A stretch of DNA of 64,000 nt, taken from NCBI RefSeq assembly GCF_009914755.1, contig NC_060926.1. The stretch is one strand, 5' to 3'. The stretch's first letter is position 1, and the number at the start of each line of letters is the position of its first letter. The stretch is from the human T2T-CHM13v2.0 reference genome, Homo sapiens. Below, in pieces: positions 31,080 through 45,247 of the stretch. The position numbers were made by a program, and so were the translations under genes. The notes under the pieces are model-generated. The model was not told the DNA's origin, did not search any database, and saw nothing but the letters and a program-made list of their open reading frames with translations.

Positions 31080-31430
31080 AACTTACAGAGAAAGGAGAAC
31101 ATGATTGTTGCTGCCTTCAAGTATTTGAAGGCCTATTTCGTGGAAGAGGGATTAGACTTGTTTTATATGCCTCAAGAGGTAGAACTTGGGCCACTAAAAG
31201 TTCTAGGGAGAAAGATTTCAGTTTAATGTAAGGGAGAATTTACAGACTATCAAAGCTCTGCAGAGATCGAAAGTGCTCCTTTGAGAGAGAGTGAATATCC
31301 TGCACTGGACATGTCCAAGCAGAGATCAAAAGCTACCTGGTGAGATTATCCTAGAAAATGAGGGTAGGAAGAGGTAGAATAGGTGACTTTTAATGGTCTT
31401 TCTAACCCTGAGATCCAGAGATTCTATGAT
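31080..31430 (+). mobile_element. L3/CR1 LINE 3' end
   Basis: 'gccttcaagtatttgaaggcc..gtggaagagggattagacttgtt' and CR1-type terminus 'ttctaaccctgaga...attctatgat'. Confidence 0.75.
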
Positions 31431-31945
31431 CATAAATTACTGGATTTTATTGATTCAAGTAAAAAAAAATTTTTTTTAATAAAAAACTTTTTCCTGTAGT
31501 TAAAAGAAGTGGTCCAATAGCTGAGACAAAACAAGAAAGCTTAGGCTTCCTTAACTCTGAATTTGACACATGAGGGCCTCAAACCCCGTTTTATGGGCTG
31601 AAGATCTCATAAGCTTGCCTACGATTTCTGCTACTTCCCAATGCTGTTTTGGTGTTGCTTCTAAGAGCAAATATGCTGTTTGCAATCTCTTCCTGTATCA
31701 CCCTCATGCAAAGATTTACCGCTTTACTGATAATCCACTGACACCAAGCATTTTGTGAGTTTTTGTAGCATTTACTTAAGATCTGGAAGTTATAGGATGA
31801 GGATACCATTGTATAACTCACAGCCTCCCTTCGTTTTGTGCCTATTCTTCTCTTTACATTTCTTTTCCTTTTTAAACTAAGACCACATTCTTCACATAGA
31901 TCAATTCTGTGAGTATCCAGGCTTTTCAGGATCTGTCTTCTAATC

Positions 31946-32290
31946 TGTGTTAGTCAGAATAGGTGTGATGAATGTTCCATAACAAATTAACTCTAAAATC
32001 CTAGAGGCTATCATAAAAAAAAAATTTGTTTCCTACTCTTGATAGATGTTCAGTATGGGTCATTAAGGGTCTCTGCTCCAAAGAGCCACTCAGGGAACCA
32101 GGCTGACAGGGGCTCCACCATTTCAACACATCAAATGCTCCTCTATGCTTCTATGTCAAAGTGACACATGGTTTCACTTCTTATAGCTCATTGGCCAGAA
32201 GATGCCCCACATAACTCCACTAACTTTAAAGGGCTTAGAAATACAGGGAAGCCATAGAATATTTGGTGAGCGTTACTGATTCTGCTTCAT
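31946..32290 (-). mobile_element. MaLR LTR (MLT1J/I/L-like)
   Basis: 'tgtgttagtcag', 'cactcagggaaccaggctgac', 'cattggccagaa', 'atatttggtgagc'. Confidence 0.7.
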
Positions 32291-33301
32291 ACCCAAGTAG
32301 GAATTTTCACAACAAAAGTGGCTCCCTCCCTGAAAGGAATTCTTACACCTCCTACTAAAATAATGAGATTGTCTTCTTTGACTTAACATTCTTATTCTCA
32401 ACTTAATTTTGCCACTATACAGCAATAATTTCTGAGATAAATCTTAAATTAGGAAGGTAGGAACTCTGCTTAGCTGTTATATTTATGTTTGTTGTGCAAC
32501 TTAATGGGCACTATTTGAAAGTTTAGATGATATCACAACTATCCAAATGCAATACATTAGATTAGCCTGTAGTCACAAATTATTTCTGGCTCAGAAAGAA
32601 AGTAATTATGAAGATACAGCCTTTATTCTTTTGGTTTTACTATGCCTGTATATTTTGAGCTAGGACTTTCTTTAGTCCAATCTTGAATAGCATTGGTTTG
32701 CATGTCAGTATTTCCGCTACTCAAGAATGGATTATTTACTTCTAGTTAAAGATGCTTGAGGATTTTTATTACTTGTGACAAAATTGATGATAGAAGAGAG
32801 ATATTTCAATCTAGATTTTAATAGTTTCCCAAATTTGATCTGTCTTTTCAAAGACTGCAATTTACTCTGAAAAGCTCAGGTTTTAGATTTTTCATCTGTA
32901 TCAGCAGTATGTTTATGGGCGCAGAATATACTTTGCCTCTTACTTTTTTATAATTGCTACTTCTGGTCCATAATACCTGTTACAGTACTTTGTTTGTGAG
33001 GCACTTTATACCCCACTTTTTAAAAATTGCTTTTAATTCAGGCTGTCTTTCCCTGTCTGCTCTTATGCCCATTTTGGTAAAATTTTCTGAAAGATAGCTT
33101 GTACGTGGGCAGGGTGCCTCAGGCAAGTCCTATAACATGGTTAATGTTAACACAAGTGAGAAATATCTTAGAAACATATGCTATCTCAAAATGCTTTGAG
33201 GCTATTTGTGCCTCAAAGAAACATAGAGTTTACTAAAGCAATCAACTAGACAAAACCAAACAAAGTAAGAACATCCTCCAAATAAAAACTGAAAAAATCA
33301 A

Positions 33302-34117
33302 TTTTTAAAACCTTTTAAGTTCAGGGGTACACGTGCAGGTTTGTTACATAGGTAAACTTGTGTTGTGGGGGTTTATTGTACAGATTATTTCACCACCCAG
33401 GTATTAAGCCTAGTACCCGTTAGTTATTTTTCCTGATACTCTCCCTCTTCCCATCCTCTACCCTCAGATAGGCCCCAGTGTGTGCTGTTCTCCTGTATGT
33501 ATCCCTGTGTTTTCATCAGTTAACTGTCACTTAAGTGAGAACATGCAGTATTTGGTTTTTTGTTCCTGTTTTAGTTTGTTAAGGATAATGGCCTGCAGCT
33601 CCATCCATGTCCCTGCAAAGGATCTCATTCTTTGGCTGCATAGTGTTTCATGGTATATATGTACCATATTTGCTTTATTCAGTCTATCATTGATGGGCAT
33701 TTAAGTTGATTCCATGCCTTTGCTATTGTGAATAGTGCTGTAATGAACATAAACTGCATCTGTCTTTATAACAGAATGATTTATATACCTTTGGATATAT
33801 ACCCAGTAATGAGATTTCTGGGTTGAATGGTATTTCTGTCTTTAGGTCTTTGAGGAATAGCCACGCTGTCTTCCACAATGGTTGAACTAATTCACACTCT
33901 TACCAACAGTGTATAAGTGTTCCTTTTTTTCCACAACCTCACCAGTGTCTGCTATTTTTTGACTTTTTAATAGCCATTCTGACTGGTGTGAGATGATATC
34001 TCATTGTGGTTTTGATTTGCATTACTCTCATGATCAGTGATACTGAGTTTTTTCATGTGTTTGTTGGCCACATGTATGTCTTCTTTTGAAAAGTGTCTGT
34101 TCATGTCCTTTACCACT
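33302..34117 (-). mobile_element. L1PA (about PA13-16) 3' fragment
   Basis: Antisense L1 3'UTR 'ttcaggggtacacgtgcaggtttgttacataggtaaac' into the end of ORF2. Confidence 0.92.
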
Positions 34118-34254
34118 CAAAATCACAGAGACAAGTCTAAGGACCAAATGTGGGGTTTGTGTTGATTGATGAAGAAAACATTATGTCCTTCAAAATCATG
34201 TGTGGATGTGATGAGATGGCAGAGAGACAAAGAACCAAGCAGCTTCCTGCCATG

Positions 34255-34388
34255 TTTACTCACTCATTTCTTCACTTAAAAATTTATAGAATTCCTATTT
34301 GTAGAATTCCTATTACGTCAGGTGCTCTACCAAGGGCTAGAGATAGAACCAAAAAAAAGGCAAAACCTCTGTCCTCAAGGAGCTTGCT
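34255..34388 (-). mobile_element. L2 3' end
   Basis: 'cactcattt...aatttat..gaattcctat', 'tgtcctcaaggagctt'. Confidence 0.55.
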
Positions 34389-35477
34389 CTCTCTTTTTCT
34401 AACATTGAATAGAATTTCATCACTTATTTAGGACTAGACCTCCAGACATGTAGACATTCCTCTTTATAGGTCCTAGGCTCTACAAGCCTATCTACTCCAA
34501 ATGTGTTCTGCAATTTTGCCTGAAATGTTTATCTTATATACAGTATATCTTCCCTTAAAATTGAGAAATCCTATCGTGGAAAAACATTTTAAGCTGTCAG
34601 TTAATTTGTAAATTATTTTGAGTACTGCAAGGTGATGATGTTAGAACTTTGTAACACAGGCTATTGGGGCCTCCTGACTTTCACCCCTTGAGACTTTCCA
34701 TTGTTTAAAAGAACCCAATTCCCTATGTTAAATCTCTTACAGGTTGAAAAACTGAGAGCAGTTTCTGTTTGTTGTATTAAATTCTGACCTTTACACTAGG
34801 CCAGTCCACTTATAACAGCAGGGACATGAACTCTTAGAATTTACCTGAAAAGAGATAGAAATGTGTTGAAACCCCAGAAGCATTGTATAGGGTAGTTAGT
34901 GATACTTGGTCTTGAAATTTTCTAAAAAAGGTGATGAGAGAATTAGTTTCAAATGATTAAGCAGTATCATTTAATAAAATGCCTGCAGGGCCGCTCAGAA
35001 AGACTATGTTCTGGAGATAATAATGCGTCAGTTATTCTTGAGTACAGGAGGGCAAGAATGGAACCCAGGAGGCCCCAGGTTCGAGGAAAGTAGTCTGAGG
35101 GCACCCCAGACTGGTGGGCCATAGTGAGAGTTGGGTAAGTTTGATAGTTCTTGCGTAGCATCACTGAACACGTTACCTTGGCTGGCTACATCAATGGTGA
35201 AAGTTGGTTATGAAAGTGTTTGCATCACATTGCAACAGTGGGGATTTGCCAACGCTGGTTTGACTGGCACTAAGCAGGACCTTGAACTCATTCAGAGTAA
35301 AGTGACCCACATGTTAGCTGGCCCCAAGGGCAACCTCCATGATTACCTCCTCTTGTCACTCCTTTAAATTCATCATAAGGAATCTTATTTGCACGAAAGC
35401 ATTTGTGAACAATGCAGATTTTACTGAGGGTTTCATAGGAAAGAGTGAAGACAGGATTTACATTGCACAAATGAGTA

Positions 35478-35861
35478 CATATGTTCCTAGACTTATGATG
35501 CTTCACCTTATAATGGTACACATTCAATTGAAAGTGTACTTTGAATTTTGATCTTTTCCCAGGTTGGCGATATGAGGTACAGTACTCTGTCAAGATGCTG
35601 GGCAGTGGCAGCGAGCCACAGCTCCCAGTCAGCTACATGATCCTGAGAGTAAAGAACTGATACTCTATAGAGGACTGTGTTGCCTGATGATTTTGCCCAA
35701 CTGTAGTCTAATAAAAGTGTTCTTAGTGCGTTTAAGGTGAGCTACACTAAGCTAGGGTGTTTGGTAGGTTAGATGTATTAAATATATTTTCAACTTAGGA
35801 CATTTTCAAATTACGATGGGTTTATTGGGACATAATCCTATCGTAGGTTGAGAAGCATCTG
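35478..35861 (-). mobile_element. MER47B-like TcMar-Tigger DNA transposon
   Basis: Degenerate TIRs catatgttcctagacttatgat / atcgtaggttgagaagcatctg, TA on both sides, internal 'gatgattttgcccaactgtag'. Confidence 0.85.
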
Positions 35862-37799
35862 TATTACACACATACACACACACACACACACATCCCTTGA
35901 GACTTATCTCCCAAATCTTCGTCTGACCTCCAGCCATAAATTTGGCTTCTCGCTCACTTACTCAATGCAAGCCATATTCTTGACAAGTCTGTAACAGATA
36001 TTGGTGAATACATTTGGAGATGGACAGAGGAGGGTTGGGGCAGTTTATGACAGTAGTAGATTCTTGAATTCAGATTAGGAAAAACTCTGCAATCATCTTT
36101 TGTAACACTTTTTCTATATTATGGTATTTACATGGTAATGCCAAGACCTTTGTATACTTTTCTTTGCAGTTGTGAAATGAGATAGCATTTTATTTTCATC
36201 TTCTTTTCTATATCCATTCCTGTCAGATTATCAGGAAACAATGTTCTATTTCTTGGCAATAAGAAAGTGGGTAGCAAAAGGTGAATACCTTTTCTTTCCC
36301 TGCTTCAGTAATTTTTGTAGATGAGAAATCATATTTAGGCTTCAGTTCCAATAGTCCGAGAGACACAGGGTTCAACTTGTCAGCATCCAAGAGCAATGGT
36401 TTCCCCACATAATTGCCACATATGTGCTTTCTGGGGCTCTACCATTTATGAATGTCTACCATGTTTTTACAAGTATTTTTCTCACTTAATTCACTCAGTA
36501 CACTTTAAGGTATGTATTACCAACCACACTTAATAATTGAACAATCTGAGGTGGAGAGAAGTTAATTCATTTGTCTGGGCCAAGAGCTAACAAATAGAGG
36601 AACTTAGAGTCAGACACAGGTTTCTGAGTTAGAAGCATAACTGTGTGTGTGTGCATGTGCGCATGTGCATGTGTGTGCTGAGGAGGGCAGGGAAGAGACA
36701 GCAATCACAGCCTTTTAGCATATTCTTCAATACTGGTCCTTTTCCAACATTCAGAACAAAAGGGAAAATGCTAGCCTTACCTTGCAGTTGAGACCATGAT
36801 GAATAGACAGAAGATGGAGCAATAAAGCAAGACTATGAGACGTGTAGAGAAAGTTATCTACTTTAAGTAAATAACTAGCAAAACCCTTAATTATTACAAA
36901 ATCAGTGTTTTTACATTGAAGAAAGTTAGAAAATACAGATAAAAATAAGCAAAGGAAAACATCATGTTCCCACTACCCAGGGATTGCTCCTGTTTATACC
37001 TTAGTCCATATAGTTCCAAGAATACATCTATGTGTATATATGTATGTATTTTTGTAGAATGAGATCAAACTGTACACACTGTTGTGTAACTGCCTTCTTT
37101 CCGCCAGTCATCTCCATGATTCCTTGACAGTACATTTGCTTGCTGGCTCCCACACCAAACTATGTATGTGTGACCCTTACCCCTGCCGGGCCCTTCCTCC
37201 AAGCTTGTTTTCTTCCTCATAATATCAGAGTCTGGCTATGTTCTTTTTACAATAGCATCTCACTCATGAAGAAAATCTTTCATCTTGTCTTTTTAGTCTA
37301 AAAATAAAAGACAATGGGATTTAAACAAGGATTAGATTTAGATTAGGTATCATAAATTCTGTATCTAGAGTCCAAACCGAGCCTGTGTAGGCATGCATGT
37401 GTCTGTACTGAATGTTAACAAGAAATAAATGAATGACAGACAAGTGGTCTGATAGCAAGATTCAGCCTATCTTTTTATAGCTCTGAAGTTTCAGTTCTGT
37501 TCAGTGATAATGTAGGAAATGATGCTGCAGGGCCTCAAGATCTGACATGACTTCTGGATCATTACCAAAAAAGGATTGATTTATATCAGGGTTATTTTAT
37601 GGTTAAGAGGTAGAGTAATTATTCTAGTACTGCAGATACTTAAACTACGTCCCACTACCTTCCTGCATTACCTCCTGAAAAGCTGAAATGTTTCTTGTTG
37701 TGTGGATCAAGCTCCTCTCTGTAAGGTGAAGCAAACATAGAGTCATTACTTGGTTTTGCTGGTATTTTACTTCATAGAGCATCTTTGAGCATTTAAAAA

Positions 37800-38004
37800 T
37801 TAATTTTATTTTTGCATTGCTACATAATCGTTATACTTTGGGGCTCATGTGATAATTTAGCACATTCATATAATTTGTAAAGATCAAATCAGTGTAATTG
37901 GGATATCCATCACCTTAAATATTCGTCTTTTCTTTAGGTTAGGAACATTAGAATTATTTTTTCAGCTATTTTGAAATATATAATACATTATTGTAAACTA
38001 TAGT
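37800..38004 (-). mobile_element. L1MA 3' terminal fragment
   Basis: 'gatcaaatcagtgtaattgggatatccatcacc', 'gctattttgaaatata...aactatagt'. Confidence 0.8.
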
Positions 38005-39747
38005 GGACTATTGTTTTTCTTCTTTCCACATAGTACCCTACTTTGTTAGGCTTTATTGATTGAAAAATATGACCTCCAAAATTTGGTTGGACTGATGGGA
38101 AAATTTGTCATGAAATTTTTTTTTATGTTAAAAATCTTAGCACATATGTCAGCTGGGGATCCCCACGCTTGATAGATGATGTGCTGCTGCACAGTAGTTG
38201 ACATTTGATCCTCTTTATTATGTTTTCAAATATTTAACTATTGATATTTCATTGAACAATGAATGCATGAGGCCTGTTAACTACTCTTGCAATTTTTTCT
38301 TTTAAATTTTTTCAGCACCTGAACTACACACAGGACAATTTTTTCTTGAAGCCTTCATAAGTTTGTTGTATTTCAGTTCTTTATAAATTAGCAAGAATAA
38401 TAACAATGGGCATAAGAGGGGATAATAGGACCTATGTAGTGGGGGAAGGGGTTTCCTAATGAATAAACTGAGACATTATATACAAAATGCTTAATGTGCA
38501 TCTGGTCAGAGATGGTAATAAATGTTATAAGTAAAAAATAAGATAAAAAACTAAACAGCATGTGCAAGATCCTCTGGTTCATAAGGTGATCAGGGGCTTG
38601 GTCTTATATCCCACGACTCCCAGTTTAGTGCTCTTTGTCCTACTATGTAGTTTTTTGCGACTGTCAGTTCTTTAAATTTGCCTCTACAGATGAGTGTTTG
38701 GTAATGATGAAAAGTGTTGAAATGCAATTTAGAGGGAGATTGTGAAACTGCCTTCCCAGCCTCTGTAAAGATTGGCTCTGCTTTGTGGATCTGCTGTAGT
38801 TCTGGATGCTCTTTCGTGTTGGGAAGGGGTGGACAAGTGGGGCTGTAGATCCTGAGATTTCTCTCCAGCCCCGACAATCTGTTAAATGTGACACAAAACT
38901 CAACCAAATGAGAACCCTATCTCCTCACTGGGGGTTGAATAGATACTATCACCCTTTCAACCCACAGCTTTAGAGAATAAGCAATATTTTACAGGTAAAG
39001 ATGTAGCTGAAAAGACCAGATTATTTTGATGGTCATTTCTCTTTGACACAATTCATAGCAACCTGAGAAGCTACAAAATGGAAGTACTGAAAAAGTGATT
39101 CTAATCTAGACTAATGTGTGTTGTTTAGTATTTACTTTTGTCAGTATATTAATCATGTCTTATTACGCTTCACACTAAAGTTATATTTTAAAAAAGCCCT
39201 AATGATAACATTGATGCATTGTCCTTTGTTGTGGGTATAAAGACTTAATTTGATGAATAGAAGTTAAGAAAATGTTTAATCTTCCATTATAGTATAATGA
39301 TTGAGATTCATCCATCTGTTCCACAATAATAATAATTTATCATGAATGAGCATGCTTATAAAATGATGGAGGCATATAACAGAAATTGGGTTTTCTTCCT
39401 TAATTAAAAAATTTTGACCTTGTCCTCTTTGAACTCATCCTATGCTTTTGTCTTTAAGGTTATTCATTATATAATAACCTTCTGCATTTTTCAATGTTCC
39501 CGTTGAGAGGAACTGGGAAACAGAAGAGGACAGAGACTTGTAAACACCCTAAGCACTAAATTTTCCCATTTCTATCTATTCAGCAGCCCTGTAGAAATGT
39601 GTCTATTTCTTTTATTTTCCATTTAGTGCTCTCGAAGATTTTTCAAAGAAAATTTAAATATTTGTTTTTCTGTATAGCTAACCTTGACCTGATGTTTCAA
39701 ATTAGAGGTAAATTTCTTGGAGTTTGAGCCAACTATAAAGAAGATGT

Positions 39748-40104
<357 letters not shown>

Positions 40105-40776
40105 TCATTAAGCAACATATTTTTCAGGTTTTTAATTTACCCTTGAGAAAGCACACAGGCAGTAAGAGAATGGACAATCCTATGGAGCTATTTTGGCAAC
40201 TTTAATGTCTCTACTGAGAGTAAGATCTCTCCTTCAGCTTAGGCAGAAGACAATTCTCTCCTAACCAAGAGAATCAGATAGAAACACATGATAGAGTCAT
40301 TAGTGATCTGGATTAGAGAACAAACAGTACCTTCACAAATTGGCTGATGGAATTAGATGGGAAGGTGTCATGACACCCTTGGGAACAGAGAAATACCTAA
40401 GAAGAATAAGCTCTATTGGCAGAGAAGCAATTCTGTCCAGACATTGATGAGTTGATTTAATTTGGAAATGACTTTCAGTTGTCTGAACAAGAGCACTTGA
40501 GGACAGAAAGAACTTATTAGAAAATAAAATGCTCTTCCTGAACCTCAAGCTCCTTTGCAATTGAAGAATTAAAGATATTAACGATCATAAAAGAGTCTAA
40601 ACATGAGTCTAAACAGAAATGTTATGTGAGGAAAAGTCTAGCTGCCCTGCCATCTACATTGTAAGGATGATGAAAGAAAGCATATGTACAGAAAGTTCAG
40701 GGAATTTAAAAAATATTTGAAGCATACAAAAGCTCAGGGAATTAAAAGAAATCATGTGTCTACCACAGTAATATTA

Positions 40777-40886
40777 GCCATATTTTTTCATGTCTATTTT
40801 TCAATGTCATAAATTCTTACAGAGCAGTTTTTGCCATATTTTTTCATGTCTATTTTTTAATGTCATAAATTCTTACAGATGCAGTT
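40777..40886 (+). repeat. Tandem duplication, period 56
   Basis: gccatattttttcatgtctattttt(c/t)aatgtcataaattcttacaga(t)gcagtt twice. Confidence 0.92.
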
Positions 40887-41031
40887 GAAAGCCCTATTTA
40901 TTCCTCCCTGATTGGCCTCCCCTCTTCAGAGATAGCATTCTTGTGAAATTGGTGTATATGGTTCCCTTCTATATTTTTACTTTTACTGGGTATGTATGTA
41001 TTTGCATATAGTCTCAACTCCACATAAATGA

Positions 41032-41429
<398 letters not shown>

Positions 41430-41430
41430 A

Positions 41431-41725
41431 TCTTATTTTTTATTTTTTAGAGACAGAGTCTTGTTCTGTCACCCAGGCTGGAGTACAGTGGTGTGATCAT
41501 AACTCACTGCAGTCTTGAACTCCTGGGCTCAAGCAATCCTCCTGCCTCAGCCTCCCCCAAGTAACTGGGGGAGATTTTAGTAGCTTGGCTGAGATTTTAG
41601 TATTTTTTAGAAATGGGTTTTCATTATGTAGTCCAGACGGGTCTTGAACTCCTGGCCTCAAGCTATCTTCCTGCCTCAGCCTCCAAAAGTGCTGGGATTA
41701 CAAGCGTGAGCAACTGCGCCGGGCC
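41431..41725 (-). mobile_element. AluJ
   Basis: 'gatcataactcactgcagtcttgaactcctgggctcaagc'; TSD ccaacttttat at 41087-41097 and 41725-41735 brackets both Alus. Confidence 0.9.
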
Positions 41726-42074
41726 CAACTTTTATGCGTGTTGATGCACAAAGCTCAGCTTATTTATTTTAGCTGTTGTATTATATTATATTGTAAAAAT
41801 ATATAACTTATTTATCCATCTTCTGTTTGATGAACATTTCAATATTCATCAATTCATATTGATATTCAATATTTATCCAATATTAAGCTGTTAAAACAAA
41901 TATGTAGTGAACATCTTCTGCTTGTCTGCTTGGGCATTTATATGAGATTCTTTCCTAAGGTATATATGTTAGAAGTGGAATATGTGAAGCAGGGGCATGT
42001 ACGTATTTGAGTTTTCTAGATATTGCCAAGTCGCTATCCACAATGTGTGAACTACTTTGTATCCCTACCAGGAG

Positions 42075-42132
42075 TGTATTTCTGTTTTGCCACATCCTGC
42101 ACAATGTATTTCTATTTTGCCACATCCTGCAC
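42075..42132 (+). repeat. Tandem duplication, period 30
   Basis: tgtatttct(g/a)ttttgccacatcctgcac twice. Confidence 0.9.
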
Positions 42133-42806
42133 TTTAAAATTTTTTGTCAGTTAATGTGGTTCTCTAAGGTTTTTAATATCAGAAGAGTCCTAAATGGCTT
42201 TTTAAGGTCCTTTTCAGGTCTAAGAATCGATTCCCAACACACAGAATTGTATTTCACTATGACACGTCTATTCTACCCTAATTAAATTGCTATTTCATTA
42301 GTGCTTGACTTTAATTGTAGCCTGGTACTGCGCCCATCTCAGGCTTTTGAATGTTGATATTTCTGAAATTTCTGGTGAAGGAATAAAACAAAATTTTATT
42401 ATTCTCAGATCTTTAATGCCAGATACATAGAAAGAATTTACAACATGGCAGAAATGCCATGTGTAATTCTTGCCATTTGGGTAAAAAATAGTGTATGGCA
42501 TCTAATCTCTGCAAGACAGAATGTGTCTTTTGTGGGGCCACTAGTCTTCTGCTAAGGGGCTTTGGGAAAATTAAGGAAGCCAGCCCCACCCTGGCTTACT
42601 TTCTGGGAGTATAATGGGCTCTGTAGTCTTCTCTGCCAGTCCTGATTCCAGTCATCCTACCTGCCTCTCCATGGCAAAGAGGGAAATTCAAAGGTCACAT
42701 AGACTTGAAACAAGCCCCAAACCTGGTAACCTAACACACAAACAGAACCATTTCTGGATTCATTCTTCTCAGGGTAGAGAGAAGTGCTCTTAAGAAATGA
42801 CATCTT

Positions 42807-43101
<295 letters not shown>

Positions 43102-43887
43102 AAGAAATGACATCTTGCAGAAAGATGAGTCTCCACAAGCCATTGTAAACTTGAGAAAAGAACTTGAATTTGAGAAAGCATACCTGAGGCTAAACCAATA
43201 CATTTATCACCCAGCTGAGAAGCAAATAGAAACAACCTGGTTTGGCTGAATTAGTGAATTAATATCTAGTTATATGTGCTTATTTTAATAGAAAGTTGCA
43301 GTCATATGAAGAATAAAGAAGTAACATACCACACAAAAACAAAGCCAAAATAACCAGAAGAGCTCCCAGCAGGGTTATGTTGTAGAATCCTCATCCCGTG
43401 TGTCTCTTTCCAAGTGCCACAGTGGTTGTAACCTGCCGGGAGGGCTTTTCCTCCCTTAAGCTTCTTTGGTAAACAAAAGAGTTGAAATAAAAGCTGCTGA
43501 ATGAAAATAAATAAAGGTTTATGGCTAGAGAAACCTGTCTGTGTAGATGAATTAATCTTATAGAGAGTCCCCCAAAAAGAGAAAACAGTGGGCACATTAT
43601 TGCCAAGTAAACCTGGCTTTTTAACACCTTTCCAGGTAAGCTCAGCCAAGAAACAGGAAGATTTGTCCAGTGTCAGGACAGGGCTTTCGAATTTAGAAGG
43701 CTTCTTGCTTTACAAAATGGAGGCAAGGTGGCCATTGGGCCAGAGACATTGGAAGGTGGTGGCTCACGGAGATTCACTCTAGGTCAAGTCCCTTATAAAA
43801 TTATAGGGACTCCCTTTCCCCATTTCAAACTCACAGAATGACTGTAAAACTTGTGTTTATTTCAGGTGGGTAACTCCTCCCACATGA

Positions 43888-44863
43888 GTGGTCTGCCTAC
43901 CCTCAGGAATATTTTTTGTCTGTGGTACCTCAGCCTATCATTGTTTGAATGGCTCTTCAGAATCTATGTGCTTCCTCTCATTCTTAGTGCCTCCTATGAC
44001 CATCTACACTGAACAAGATTTATACAATCATGTACCTAAGCCCCGCAACAAAAGAGTACCCATTCTTCCTTTTGTTATCAGAGCAGGAGTGCTAGGTGTG
44101 CTGTGTGGCGGTATCACAACCTCTACTCAGTTCTACTACAAACTGTCTCAAGAACTAGATTTATACAATCATGTACCTAAGCCCCGCAACAAAAGAGTAC
44201 CCATTCTTCCTTTTGTTATCAGAGCAGGAGTGCTAGGTGTGCTGTGTGGCGGTATCACAACCTCTACTCAGTTCTACTACAAACTGTCTCAAGAACTAAA
44301 TGGTGACATGGAATGGGTCGCCGACTCCCTGGTCACCTTGCAAGATTAACTTAACTCCCTAGCAGCAGTAGTCCTTCAAAATCGAAGAGCTTTAGACTTG
44401 CTAACCACGGAAAGAGGGGGAACCTGTTTATTTTTAGGGGAAGAATTCTGTTGTTATGTTAATCAATCTGGAATTGTTACCGAGAAATTTAAAGAAATTC
44501 AAGATCGAATGCAATGTAGAGCAGAGGAGCTTCAAAACACTGGACCCTGGGGCCTCCTCAGCCAATGGATGCCCTGAATTCTCCCCTTCTTAGGACCTCT
44601 AGCAGCTATAATATTGTTACTCCTCTTTGGACCCTGTATCTTTTATTTCCTTGTTAAGTTTGTCTCTTCCAGAATTGAAGCTGTAAAGCTGCAAATCGTT
44701 CTTAAATTGGAGCCCCAGATGCAGTCCATGACTAAAATCTACCAAGGACCCTTGGACTGGCCTGCTAGCCCATGCTCCGTGTTAATGACATTGAAGGCAC
44801 CCCTCCCAAGGAAATCTCAACTGCACAACCCCTATTATGCCCCAATTCAGCAGGAAGCAGTTA
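43888..44863 (+). pseudogene. HERV-W env pseudogene fragment (end of SU plus TM), paralogue of ERVW-1/syncytin-1
   Basis: VCLPSGIFFVCGTSAY, RNKR/VPILPFVI, ISD LQNRRALDLLTTERGGT, TM LLLLFGPCIF; in-frame stops at 43885, 44347 and 44575, later frameshift; no signal peptide. Confidence 0.93.
44016..44297 (+). repeat. Perfect 141-bp tandem duplication inside env (44016-44156 and 44157-44297)
   Basis: Base-by-base identical; 47-aa unit DLYNH...LSQEL occurs twice in ORF 43888..44349. Confidence 0.97.
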
Positions 44864-44922
44864 GAGCGGTCGTCGACCAACCTCCCCAACAGCACTTGGG
44901 TTTTCCTGTTGAGAGGGGTTAC

Positions 44923-45247
44923 TGAGAGACAGGACTAGCTGGATTTCCTAGACTGACTAAGAATCCCTAAGCCTAGCTGGGAAGGTGACCACATCCACCT
45001 TTAAACATGGGGCTTGCAACTTAGCTCACACCCAACCAATCAGGTAATAAAGAGACCTCACTAAAATGCTAACTAGGCAAAAACAGGAAGTAAAGAAATA
45101 GCCAATCATCTATTGCCTGAGAGCACAGCAGGAAGGACAGTGATCAGGATATAAACCCAGGCATTCGAGCCAGCAACGGCTACCCTCTTTGGGTCCCCTC
45201 CCTTTGTATGGGAGCTCTGTTTTCACTCTATTAAATCCTGCAACTGC
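44923..45247 (+). promoter_or_regulatory. LTR17 U3-R with CCAAT boxes, TATA and poly(A) signal
   Basis: CCAAT at about 45036 and 45102, TATAAA at 45150-45155, ATTAAA at 45230-45235. Confidence 0.75.

Noticed and set aside
38154-38165. Palindrome TGGGGATCCCCA (NF-kB-like)
   Set aside because: A 12-bp palindrome is expected by chance in 64 kb
43888-44925. Functional syncytin or ERVW-1 itself
   Set aside because: No 5' env or signal peptide, several stops, no U5, and lacks the syncytin-1 tail deletion
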